Shown one piece after another: positions 8,972 to 17,726 of a DNA stretch of 64,000 nt; within the stretch, counting starts at the first letter, position 1; every line of letters starts with the position of its first letter. Source of the stretch: a virus. The notes under the pieces were generated by a model. The model did not search any database. It had not been told where the DNA came from and saw nothing but the letters and a program-made list of their open reading frames with translations. The stretch lies in IMG/VR virus record IMGVR_UViG_3300042398_000969, positions 96,001-160,000 of that record; one strand, written 5' to 3'. Position numbers and translations under genes: made by a program.

Positions 8972-9233
8972 CTGTTTCGTTTTTAATTAAGGTTATGTTT
9001 TTAGTCACGTTATTGATGTTTGCATCAACTTTATTAATGTCTTTATCAATTGTAACAATTTGTTCGGTTAATTTTTCATTAATTACCTGAACAGAATCAA
9101 TCTCATTTTGGATTGAATCAATTTTAGCATTATAGCCGGCCACATCGGTTTTGATACCACTTCCTTGGAAAATGCTATAAGCCGCTAAACAAGCTATTAA
9201 AACTAGTAAAATGTTGGTTTTATTAATTTTCAT
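8895..9233 (-). CDS. N-terminally anchored coiled-coil protein (i-spanin-like?)
   Basis: TM at about aa 7-23, then a long coiled coil; DSI/DSV sequons. Confidence 0.65.
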   Translation of the reverse strand: MKINKTNILLVLIACLAAYSIFQGSGIKTDVAGYNAKIDSIQNEIDSVQVINEKLTEQIVTIDKDINKVDANINNVTKNITLIKNETDEKVNIVNTIGNTELEQLFTDRYSK

Positions 9234-9246
9234 CTTTATGTTTTAC

Positions 9247-9254
9247 TATAAATA
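9247..9254 (-). promoter_or_regulatory. TATTTATA putative late promoter (example copy)
   Basis: Same 8-mer lies 4-35 nt upstream of starts at 603, 4268, 6561, 21072, 23286, 23966, 35935, 43302, 45670 and 55682; variants at 2437 and 10252. Confidence 0.6.
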
Positions 9255-9258
9255 CAAA

Positions 9259-9279
9259 CGGGGTACAAAAAGTACCCCG
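9259..9279 (-). terminator. Intrinsic terminator hairpin
   Basis: CGGGGTAC-5nt-GTACCCCG followed by TTTGTATTT on the minus strand. Confidence 0.7.
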
Positions 9280-9307
9280 AATGCCTGACCTTGTGATTAG
9301 TTTATTG

Positions 9308-10153
9308 TTAAAATTTGGTTCCGCAATGTGGACAGAACTTATGTGTGTCTTTCTTTCTTTTGCTACCACACTCTGCGCAATATGTGACCAAATCCTCCCT
9401 AGTTTTCAATTTAGTTGATTCTGGCTTGATTTTCCACCAATTAGTGGTTGATGGCCAAGTATTAAATGAAGTGTTGTCATATGTAAAGGATTGACCAGAA
9501 ACCGAACCTTTTTCTACTCTACCAGTTTCGAGACTTTTTTTACCTATTGGTTCATTGTATAAACCTTTATTTTTAATATCCCTTAAGATTGAATTAGTAT
9601 TTATACCACTTGTATATGTTGCGTTATTGTAAAACGCGGTACCAGTACTTGTTGTGGTAAAAGTCCCGTGAGTTGGTATTGATGTACCGCCTAAGGTATT
9701 ATGCGTTGTGTATGTATATGGTGAACCTGTATTTATCCAAGCTGGATTACTAATTGTTAGTGTAGAACTACCGCTTAAATAAGTTGGTGTAACAATTTCA
9801 TTATAAAACTTTACTGTTACATCGCCATTATTGGCAATAGCTTGTTGTACTTCTTCAGTATCACCATTTACTGCGTATGTTTCAAACAAAAACTTCTTTG
9901 CCTCGTCAAGATACCTTTCGAGGAAAACACGTTCACCTGGACGAAGTATAATACCATTACCAATGGAATTACCATTCATCTCGATTTTTGCTAAAACTTT
10001 ATTTTGTGTGGGATTGTAAAGTTCGATTTCGAACTCATCACCGTTATTAAGATAAACGGTATCAACGTGCTGTTTTAATCTTTTTTTACTTTTAGTAATG
10101 AAAGATTGTGGTACAGCGAAACCAGTTGTGTTAACTGAAATTCTTCTGTTCAT
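9308..10153 (-). CDS. Hypothetical protein: beta-sandwich-like N-terminal domain, T/S-rich linker, C-terminal double zinc ribbon
   Basis: FEIELYNPTQNKVLAKIEMNG..GIILRPGERVFLERY; C-terminal CAECG..FCPHCG. Confidence 0.75.
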   Translation of the reverse strand: MNRRISVNTTGFAVPQSFITKSKKRLKQHVDTVYLNNGDEFEIELYNPTQNKVLAKIEMNGNSIGNGIILRPGERVFLERYLDEAKKFLFETYAVNGDTEEVQQAIANNGDVTVKFYNEIVTPTYLSGSSTLTISNPAWINTGSPYTYTTHNTLGGTSIPTHGTFTTTSTGTAFYNNATYTSGINTNSILRDIKNKGLYNEPIGKKSLETGRVEKGSVSGQSFTYDNTSFNTWPSTTNWWKIKPESTKLKTREDLVTYCAECGSKRKKDTHKFCPHCGTKF

Positions 10154-10159
10154 TTTTCC

Positions 10160-10248
10160 TTATATTTTTTTTGTATTTGAACCCGAATTCGTTGGTATCA
10201 ATTCCAACTCAAATGCCTCAAGGACACTTCGACTTCAACCACAAGGTC
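10160..10248 (-). promoter_or_regulatory. Structured 5' leader of the 9308..10153 gene
   Basis: About 95-nt leader, GC-richer than other intergenic DNA, with stems GTTGG/CCAAC, ATTTGA/TCAAAT and GTGTC/GGCAT; its first 13 nt are complementary to the 3' UTR. Confidence 0.5.
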
Positions 10249-10271
10249 TATTATAAGTATATGTAAATTAA

Positions 10272-10301
10272 TAAAAAAAGGGAAGCCTAAAAGACTTCCC
10301 T
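10272..10301 (-). terminator. Intrinsic terminator after clpP
   Basis: AGGGAAG-N9-CTTCCCT followed by a T run on the minus strand. Confidence 0.75.
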
Positions 10302-10327
10302 CCACACACAAAAATGGACACACAAAA

Positions 10328-11020
10328 CTATTTCTTTTTAACTATCTCATCAATGATACCATAAGCTAGAGCATCGTCTGCTGATAACCATAAGTCTCTA
10401 GATGCATCTTGTTTTACTTGTTCTCCAGATTTACCACAATATTCACCCAATAAGTCAAATAAAATATTATTTAACTTCTCCCACTCAATCATATCAATCT
10501 TAGCGTCTTGAATGTTACCTCTAAATCCACCAGAAGATTGGTGTAACATAGTTCTTGAGAATCTCAATGATCCACGTTTACCTTTCGTTCCTGCACCCAA
10601 CAAGATTGAACCCATAGATGCTGCCATACCTGTATTAATAGTTCTAATATCAGACTTAATATATGCCATAACATCAACCATAGATAAACCAGATTTAACT
10701 GATCCGCCAGGACTATCAATATGCATTGTAATATCATTATTATCTAAACTATCCAAGAACATTAACTGAGCTTGTACAACAGTTGACATGTGATCATTAA
10801 CTTCTCCAGCAACCCAAATGATTCTTTCCATCATTAATCTACTGAATACATCCATCACCGTTACATTTAAACTTCTTTCTTCAAGAATGTATGGTGTTAA
10901 ACTGCTTTCAATACTTTTATTGAAATTGTGGATGTTTAAGGAGCTTACTCCAAAGTCTTTTGCGTAAAGACCGAAATCTTTGTAATCTTTAGGTGTCATA
11001 TCTATTAATTGTTTAAGCAA
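10328..11020 (-). CDS. clpP: ATP-dependent Clp protease proteolytic subunit
   Basis: DVFSRLMMERII, IDSPGGSV, GMAASMG (catalytic Ser), MLHQ (His), RDLWLSADDALAYGIIDEI (Asp). Likely start ATG 10999. Confidence 0.95.
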   Translation of the reverse strand: MLKQLIDMTPKDYKDFGLYAKDFGVSSLNIHNFNKSIESSLTPYILEERSLNVTVMDVFSRLMMERIIWVAGEVNDHMSTVVQAQLMFLDSLDNNDITMHIDSPGGSVKSGLSMVDVMAYIKSDIRTINTGMAASMGSILLGAGTKGKRGSLRFSRTMLHQSSGGFRGNIQDAKIDMIEWEKLNNILFDLLGEYCGKSGEQVKQDASRDLWLSADDALAYGIIDEIVKKK

Positions 11021-11025
11021 ATATA
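11018..11025 (-). promoter_or_regulatory. Bacteroidota-type -7 promoter box (TAnnTTTG) upstream of clpP
   Basis: TATATTTG on the minus strand, 18 nt before ATG 10999; same box at 7864-7871. Confidence 0.45.
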
Positions 11026-11041
11026 ATTAATGTTTTCCAAA

Positions 11042-13378
11042 TTAAGAAATTTTGGTAGAAATGTAATCGATTGAAGACACGTTTTCCTCTTTTTTAATCA
11101 TGATAAGGTTATCGGACCAGTTCCTAATCAATGGGTTATGCGAAATTACGAAAATATGTTCAAAATAATTTTTAATTTTCTTAAAGAACTCACCAACCAT
11201 CTCTAGGTTCTCATCAGCAACTTTACCAAATACCTCGTCCATTACAACTATGTTTGGTTTAGGTAGTGAAGATACTTTTGTTAATACACTTCTCAATGCT
11301 AAAGATGAAATTGTTCTTTCATAACCAGATCCAGCATTTAATGGTTTAATAACTCTGGTTTCAGAATCAATCATGATAAATTCTAATTCGTTCTTATCAT
11401 TAATGTTTAATTCTAAAATAAAATAACAGCTTTCTGATAGTAATCGACTCAATTCCTGATTGATTAGTGGTATCATGTTTTTTAATATCGTTTTTGATAT
11501 ACCATTTTTACCATAAACCAATAGGTATGTTTTAAACACTCCCTGTAGTTCTTCCTCGGCTTTAATTTTAGAAATTAAATCATTAGCGGTACCAATCTTT
11601 TCTTCCATTGAGGTGATATTGTTTTTGTTTCTCTCAATAGTTGTGTCAGATATTCTAATGTCAGCGTTTATTGTTTCTATTTTTGTTTTTAAAGTAACCA
11701 TCTCATTGTGAATCTTTTGGTTATCTTCAAGTTTCTTTCTGTTAGCTTCGTAGTTGTCTAACTTTTGCTGCTTAGTGTTGATCTCAAGTTGTTTTTGTTC
11801 AACCTCCAACTCGTATCTTTCTTTACGAAGTTTGTTTCTCTCGTAATTATCAAATTCTGTCTTCAGGGCCTCAAAAGATTCGGACTCTTTTCTTAAAGTT
11901 TCCAATTCTTTATCACAATTTTCTCTATCTTTTTCAATTTGTTCAATTTCTTTCTTTGTCTCTTCAATCTCATCTGTATGATCAACCTCATCTAAGGGTC
12001 TATTACACTTAGGACATATCTTACCCTCTTCTAATAGCTTAATATGTTTTTCTTTTTCTGTTTTCTCTCTCTCACCTAAACGATTCTCCATAACCAACTG
12101 ATTGATTTTCTCTTTCAATTGTCCGTGTTCTTCTTCAAGATAATAACGTGATGGCTCTATAACTGAAATACCGTCAGCATTTTGTTGACTTGCTTGTTTT
12201 TGTAATTTTAAGCCAGCAATATCTTTTTCTAATGTTGTTGGATTAGTTCTTATTAGTTCTTGATCAATATCATTAGATCTTAAACCTAATATTAATTCTT
12301 TTCTATCCTCAAATTCTTTAAGTGAGATTTTATATTCACCTAATAACCTAGTATGATTTGTTATTTCACCCTTAGAGTTTGTAATTGCATTACCATAAGA
12401 CTCTATATCGATTTGTAGCTGTGCAATGTTGTGACTATTACTGATTAATTTCTTAGCCCAATCATTGTAGATGTTTCTACATACTTCTTCCTTTTGCTTT
12501 AATGATTCTAAGCCCAAAAATTTAGTCAATATTTGACCTCTAGCTGTTGGTTTAGATTCAATCAACTCTTCTAAGTTGTAACCTGTTGTAAGAATTGTTG
12601 ATAAGAAATCTTCTTCGGTACCAATAGCTGACGCAATAAAGGTTTCTGTTTCTCTTCTTTGTTCTCCAGTTAAATTTTCTAATTCCCCATCAGCTTTTTC
12701 TTTATAGAATTCTAATTCACTCTTAACTGTATAGTCACCAGATCTTCCTTTCTTTCTAGTTAATGTTCTTACAATAACATATTCTTCACCATCAATTGTG
12801 ATGTATCCTTTAACAGATACTGTATCAACATCAGTAAACTTGTTAAAGATTTCAGCATTTGTTTTTGTCTTTGTTGTTGAATTAAAAAACAAAAACATTA
12901 ATAGGTCAACACTAGATGTTGACTTACCACCAAAGTTTCTTGGATTGGATTCAATTACAGTAATCCCATCCAGACTTGTAAAATCAATAGTATTATTATC
13001 ACCAAATGAAAGAAAATTGGAGAATTCAACCTTCTTAATAAACCACTTATTATACCTGACTTTATTTTCATTTTCTTTATTGATTTCGGTGTTAACACGA
13101 TTGTCTAATCTATCAACTAATTCCCACTTAATTTGAACATCATTCTCTGTTAAGAAATCTTTCATTAATTTCTTTTGAAATTGATTGTCCAATATATTAT
13201 CACTAACCTCTAGAGTTTTAAGTCTAGTGTCCTGCTTTTGGCTTAACGTCTTGGTGATTACTTGAACATGTGTTGTGTTATACTTTGTTTGAAAGTATGT
13301 TTTAACACGTTTGATACGTTCTGGGGTAAAGTTTTCTGCAACGTCTTCCCACTCTACTTTTATAAAAGGATTGTTCAT
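11042..13378 (-). CDS. sbcC: SbcC/Rad50/gp46-like recombination nuclease ATPase subunit
   Basis: NFLSFG, Walker A GGKST, long coiled coil, zinc hook CPKC, signature GSGYE, Walker B VVMDEVFG, H-loop ISH. Confidence 0.9.
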   Translation of the reverse strand: MNNPFIKVEWEDVAENFTPERIKRVKTYFQTKYNTTHVQVITKTLSQKQDTRLKTLEVSDNILDNQFQKKLMKDFLTENDVQIKWELVDRLDNRVNTEINKENENKVRYNKWFIKKVEFSNFLSFGDNNTIDFTSLDGITVIESNPRNFGGKSTSSVDLLMFLFFNSTTKTKTNAEIFNKFTDVDTVSVKGYITIDGEEYVIVRTLTRKKGRSGDYTVKSELEFYKEKADGELENLTGEQRRETETFIASAIGTEEDFLSTILTTGYNLEELIESKPTARGQILTKFLGLESLKQKEEVCRNIYNDWAKKLISNSHNIAQLQIDIESYGNAITNSKGEITNHTRLLGEYKISLKEFEDRKELILGLRSNDIDQELIRTNPTTLEKDIAGLKLQKQASQQNADGISVIEPSRYYLEEEHGQLKEKINQLVMENRLGEREKTEKEKHIKLLEEGKICPKCNRPLDEVDHTDEIEETKKEIEQIEKDRENCDKELETLRKESESFEALKTEFDNYERNKLRKERYELEVEQKQLEINTKQQKLDNYEANRKKLEDNQKIHNEMVTLKTKIETINADIRISDTTIERNKNNITSMEEKIGTANDLISKIKAEEELQGVFKTYLLVYGKNGISKTILKNMIPLINQELSRLLSESCYFILELNINDKNELEFIMIDSETRVIKPLNAGSGYERTISSLALRSVLTKVSSLPKPNIVVMDEVFGKVADENLEMVGEFFKKIKNYFEHIFVISHNPLIRNWSDNLIMIKKEENVSSIDYISTKIS

Positions 13379-13415
13379 GTATTAAAATTACATTATTAAA
13401 ATTAAAAAACAAAAA

Positions 13416-13730
13416 TTACTTGATTCTGGATTCTTCAAAGAATTCCACGATACCATTAATAGCCCATACCATACCACAGGTTGCCATACCATCGAAAAAT
13501 ATCGAGAATAACCAGTTGGTATCTAATATTCTACTAGCTAGTCCACCCAAAACGATAGACATAAAAAAACCAACCCAAGTTGATGTACACATCATACATC
13601 CAATTAGATCACCGAAAAACTTTGAGTTTCTCTTTATCCAAGCTCTTGGCTTGTCAAAAATTGAACCGTAAACCAAAATGGTGGTCATACCGTATCCAAT
13701 AAACGCCCATAATACTACAATACTAATCAT
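13416..13730 (-). CDS. Small membrane protein (DUF1360-like)
   Basis: Three hydrophobic helices; IFDKPRAW..LIGCMMCTSTWVG pattern. Confidence 0.6.
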   Translation of the reverse strand: MISIVVLWAFIGYGMTTILVYGSIFDKPRAWIKRNSKFFGDLIGCMMCTSTWVGFFMSIVLGGLASRILDTNWLFSIFFDGMATCGMVWAINGIVEFFEESRIK

Positions 13731-13741
13731 ATATTTAATTT

Positions 13742-14236
13742 TTATTCTTCGTACAAATTATTGAGATCACTTCCTTTAAGATATCTTGCTTTATTCATTT
13801 TTTCAAGAGATTCTGTGATCTTGTTTAACTCGTCTTTTAATTTTTTATTTTCTTCTTTTAGTAATTTATTTTCAGCATCGTCGCTAACGATCTTTTCAAC
13901 TATAACCTCTTTTATAACTTCTTTTGTTATTACCTGAGTTTCGCCTTTTATCTCAACCGGTACCTCTTTTATTACTTCAACAATCTTTTCAACAGGAACT
14001 TCTTTTATTATTTCAACAATTTTCTCCACCTCGATAATTTTTTCAATTTCCTTGATGACTTCTTTTTCAATAATAGTTTCTTTCCCTTTTGATGCAACTG
14101 GTGTTTCACCAAATTTAAGAATTGTGAAACCTCGCTGAAATGTTTTTTTAGCTAGGCCCTCAATATCTACAATTTTATTTAATTCACAATATCTGGTGAA
14201 TTCATCATCCAGCATTAATGATTGTTTCTTTTTCAT
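13742..14236 (-). CDS. Hypothetical protein with EKIVEVIKEVP repeats and coiled coil
   Basis: Low-complexity V/I/E/K repeats. Confidence 0.7.
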   Translation of the reverse strand: MKKKQSLMLDDEFTRYCELNKIVDIEGLAKKTFQRGFTILKFGETPVASKGKETIIEKEVIKEIEKIIEVEKIVEIIKEVPVEKIVEVIKEVPVEIKGETQVITKEVIKEVIVEKIVSDDAENKLLKEENKKLKDELNKITESLEKMNKARYLKGSDLNNLYEE

Positions 14237-15023
14237 CTTCTATGTCTTTTATATCTGATATGCTAAAGTGCATAAAAGGTTTTTCATTTTGCAAATCAAA
14301 AAATTGATAATCATTATTATCAACGTCATATACACCGTACCCATGATGTTTTATTGTTTCACCAAAATTCTGTTGAATTAATGACCCAATCATTACAGCT
14401 AATCCACCGCCAGGTAATTTAAATGTTTGTCTCTTATGAATGTCACCACATAGTAATAAATCCAAACCAACAAAGTTTAAACGGTCATAACCATCTTCAA
14501 ATTTAAACCCAAGATCAGTTGACATTCCTTGAATTGCGCCATGGAATAAACCAACATTTAGTTTATCTTCTGTGTTCTTAAACTCTGGTCTCTGGTTATG
14601 TTGGTACAATGAATATACCACCCAATTAACGTTTTCATCCGGATACACACCCATATCTTTATAATAAACAATATTATCATTGTCTAGTAATTCAACAACA
14701 GGTGTGATACTATCTAGTCTTTGAGTATTATTCTCTAAGAAGTCATGATTACCAGGAATGATAACAACCTTACCATATGAAGTTAATTCTCTTAAGAACC
14801 AACTAGTTAAAAGAAGTTGTTCATTCGAGATATTAATCTTTTGATGTGCGATGTCACCCGCAATAACAATTCTAATTTCGTTGTGCGATATACCCTCATC
14901 TGTCCATTCTAAAAATTTAGCTCCAATTTCTTTTAACAATTTTTCAAACTGTTCTTTATACAAATCATGTAACTGAATTGTACGAATGTGGAGATCAGCA
15001 ATGTGTATTATTTTCTTTATCAT
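14205..15023 (-). CDS. sbcD: SbcD/Mre11/gp47-like metallophosphoesterase nuclease
   Basis: Motifs HIADLH, AGDIAH, PGNHD, FHG, GDIHKRQ, GSLIQQNFGE. Confidence 0.9.
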   Translation of the reverse strand: MIKKIIHIADLHIRTIQLHDLYKEQFEKLLKEIGAKFLEWTDEGISHNEIRIVIAGDIAHQKINISNEQLLLTSWFLRELTSYGKVVIIPGNHDFLENNTQRLDSITPVVELLDNDNIVYYKDMGVYPDENVNWVVYSLYQHNQRPEFKNTEDKLNVGLFHGAIQGMSTDLGFKFEDGYDRLNFVGLDLLLCGDIHKRQTFKLPGGGLAVMIGSLIQQNFGETIKHHGYGVYDVDNNDYQFFDLQNEKPFMHFSISDIKDIEDEKETIINAG

Positions 15024-15787
15024 TATGCACCATATTTAAACATGTCCTCAATTTCTTTACGCATATCTTGGCACTTGAATACCTTGTATGTATCGTTTCC
15101 TTCAAAGAACCAAACAAAATATAAGTCACCAACTTTAAGGTTAGTATTTTTTTCGATAATGTATTTGTAAAGACTTGTCTGTAAACTATACGAGTTAAAC
15201 TCACACTCTTCTAAATGTGAAATTGGTCTTTTAAATCTATTACCAAATGCACTCTTTGTGTTGATCGCTTTATTTGTTTTCCAATCCCATATCTGCAATT
15301 GATTTGTTTTCTTATTCCAGAATATTTGGTCAATCATTCCACAGATACCTAACTCAGCATCACCAATAACAAACTCATTTTTGATTGGTACTAAATTAGC
15401 TTTACTGTCATTATAGAACTGATCAAATAATTTAACACACTTATCATAAGCGGGTTTAACAATATCTTCACCAAATCTATTCAATGCTGGTGCCGAATCA
15501 TACGGGAATATTTTATTGTTCCAATGATTTTCAGCATAGTCATGCACTGCACTACCTTTAATAGTGCTGTAATCTCTTTTGTGATCCCATTCTGCTAACA
15601 CCTCTTCTTTGATAAGACCGTGTTTGTTTGCGTATTTTTCCGCTTGACCATCACTGTCGAATTTGTTTTTAAATTGTCCAATAAATGTTGTAGCTGATGT
15701 TAACAAACGATCACCAATATAATAGTGATGTGGTTCATCATGGTATTTGATGTGATCAAATTTGTTTAATTCTAATAGTAAATCCAT
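15023..15787 (-). CDS. PD-(D/E)XK exonuclease (Cas4-like/RecB-family)
   Basis: SATTFI, GSAVHDYAE, GMIDQIF, IWDWKT, YSLQTSLY. Confidence 0.85.
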   Translation of the reverse strand: MDLLLELNKFDHIKYHDEPHHYYIGDRLLTSATTFIGQFKNKFDSDGQAEKYANKHGLIKEEVLAEWDHKRDYSTIKGSAVHDYAENHWNNKIFPYDSAPALNRFGEDIVKPAYDKCVKLFDQFYNDSKANLVPIKNEFVIGDAELGICGMIDQIFWNKKTNQLQIWDWKTNKAINTKSAFGNRFKRPISHLEECEFNSYSLQTSLYKYIIEKNTNLKVGDLYFVWFFEGNDTYKVFKCQDMRKEIEDMFKYGA

Positions 15788-15788
15788 G

Positions 15789-16730
15789 TTAATCTAATTG
15801 TATTTTATTTAAGTTTTCAAAATTTCCTTGTAAGTCCGCAATATCTTTATCTTCTGGCATTTTAACAACCCATACTTTAAAAAACAGTTTTCCGTTGTTT
15901 AATTTATGAAATAGTTTTTCAGCATCATTCCACGCATCACCATCTAATACTATAATTAATTCCTTTGCTTTATCATATAACTTAGAATATAAAAATTCAC
16001 TCATTACTTTACCTAATAGTGGTATTGAGTTTGGAACGAATATACTATCAAATGCCCCTTCAACCAAATAGATTGGTTTATCCCAATCAATCAAATATTC
16101 GTTAAAGATAATAATTTCTTTTTGAACATCTGGGTTCTTGTACTTCATTTTAGTTCTAGGTAGATATGATCTAGCAATAAAGTAATTTAACTTGTTCTCG
16201 GCATCATATGATGGTATAATAATTCTATTAGCATAATCACCCTCATATGCAAATCCAATATTATATCTAGTAAGCATCTCGTCAGTTATGTTTCTACTTC
16301 TGATGTAGTTATATGCTTGTTTATAATAATGTGTTAGCTTTAACCCTAGTGATGCTGTTGTAAATGACACAAATTCTTTTGGTAACCCCTTGAGAATCTT
16401 TGGTTTAGGTAATGTTGTATCAACCTCTTCAGGTCTCATTAATTCATAAAAATGAATTTGTTTCTTATTACCATATTTTTTAATAAGTCTGTATAATGTC
16501 CCTCTTGTGTTATGTGTTTCGCTACAAGACCAACATTTGTATACCCCAAGTTTGTAATTAATTTCTAGATTACCCTTACCATCACCCTCGTCTAAACCCT
16601 TGATTTCATGGGAACATACGGGACAATCAAAGGATATTTGTCCCTTACCATCGTTGTGCAGTTTGTAGTCTCCAAGAATGTCTTCAAGGATCTCAATAAT
16701 AGGTTCGAATTCGGTGTCAATTGTTGCCAT
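15789..16730 (-). CDS. DNA primase (DnaG-like, Zn finger + TOPRIM)
   Basis: CPVC..CWSC zinc finger, RIIIP, YFIAR, KYKNP, LVEGAFD, LDGDA, KDIAD. Confidence 0.9.
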   Translation of the reverse strand: MATIDTEFEPIIEILEDILGDYKLHNDGKGQISFDCPVCSHEIKGLDEGDGKGNLEINYKLGVYKCWSCSETHNTRGTLYRLIKKYGNKKQIHFYELMRPEEVDTTLPKPKILKGLPKEFVSFTTASLGLKLTHYYKQAYNYIRSRNITDEMLTRYNIGFAYEGDYANRIIIPSYDAENKLNYFIARSYLPRTKMKYKNPDVQKEIIIFNEYLIDWDKPIYLVEGAFDSIFVPNSIPLLGKVMSEFLYSKLYDKAKELIIVLDGDAWNDAEKLFHKLNNGKLFFKVWVVKMPEDKDIADLQGNFENLNKIQLD

Positions 16731-16757
16731 GGTTTAAATATAGATAAAATATTTGAC

Positions 16758-16832
16758 AAAAAAAAATCCCCAGAGACACCACCCTCTGGGGAACCAACCA
16801 AAATGCAGTTTTTCGCTACATTCCCGCCTACT
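16758..16832 (-). ncRNA. Candidate small RNA (about 75 nt) ending in a strong intrinsic terminator
   Basis: Promoter-like TTTACTTATATTT at 16838-16850; hairpin AATGTAG/CTGCATT; terminator TCCCCAGAG/CTCTGGGGA + T9. Confidence 0.4.
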
Positions 16833-16860
16833 TACTTAAATATAAGTAAATTATTTTTGG

Positions 16861-17064
16861 TTACGAAACATTAGTTGCCATATTTTTTTTCTTTACCTGA
16901 CCAACCGGATAATATGTTGTTTCACCTATTCTAATTGAATCAATTCTGTTACCTGTTTGTGGATTTAATATAATTGATTTCTTATTCACACTAGTATCAT
17001 AGATCACATCTTCTAATACAATTTTACCATCAGTCATTCTTTTAAATGTTTTTTGCTCTGTCAT
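16861..17064 (-). CDS. Hypothetical protein
   Basis: 67-aa ORF with A-rich upstream region. Confidence 0.65.
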   Translation of the reverse strand: MTEQKTFKRMTDGKIVLEDVIYDTSVNKKSIILNPQTGNRIDSIRIGETTYYPVGQVKKKNMATNVS

Positions 17065-17084
17065 TTTTTGTTTTTTAAATAAAT

Positions 17085-17687
17085 TTATTCTGTTTCTTTT
17101 AACATATTAATGTAACCAATCACACAACATGCAGCATCTGCCATGTCATAATTTTCTTTTTTAAGGGCTCCGGTTTTGCCATATAACCAATTAACATCCG
17201 GACAAACCGCATTTACGTGTTCCCAAATAACATGTTTTTTATCTATGTCTTTTGGGTATCCACCAAATAGAACATTGCGTCCCTTGTCATTTGAACCCAC
17301 TAAATCGGGAAATGCATATTTTCTTGAATTATATGTTGAGATGAATGTAGGAACAATACCTAGAATATCATAGACAGCTTTGCAGATCATTGTATTGTAA
17401 CGCAATAATGTGCCAACCGTATAAACGTTATTAGAGTTCAATAATGGCTCTTCAATAATAACCTTAACGATACCCATATCTCTGTATCCTTCTAGTTGTT
17501 TTTGGAAAGCAATCGCTTTTTTGATTAACTCTTCTAGTTTGTCTTCTGGTTGTGGTTTAATCTTTGGTGAAAAATGTGTTAATTCTAACAATTTCTTACC
17601 AGTTAAATCAAATAGAGCCCACCCAATAGTTTTGGTTGAAATATCCAAGCCTAATATCTTGGATTTGTTTTTAAATTTTACATCCAT
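17085..17687 (-). CDS. RuvC-like Holliday junction resolvase
   Basis: ILGLDISTKTIGWA, VIIEEP, YDMADA. Confidence 0.85.
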   Translation of the reverse strand: MDVKFKNKSKILGLDISTKTIGWALFDLTGKKLLELTHFSPKIKPQPEDKLEELIKKAIAFQKQLEGYRDMGIVKVIIEEPLLNSNNVYTVGTLLRYNTMICKAVYDILGIVPTFISTYNSRKYAFPDLVGSNDKGRNVLFGGYPKDIDKKHVIWEHVNAVCPDVNWLYGKTGALKKENYDMADAACCVIGYINMLKETE

Positions 17688-17726
17688 AAATCAATTATAT
17701 GGAAAAATAAAATTATTGTAAAGTCT

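Noticed and set aside
9287-10248. IS element or invertible DNA cassette from the flanking inverted repeats
   Set aside because: No transposase or recombinase and no target duplication seen; the mismatches favour RNA G-U pairing instead.
15023-15787. Cas4-like nuclease as evidence of a CRISPR system
   Set aside because: It is a stand-alone PD-(D/E)XK exonuclease in a replication block, common in phages.
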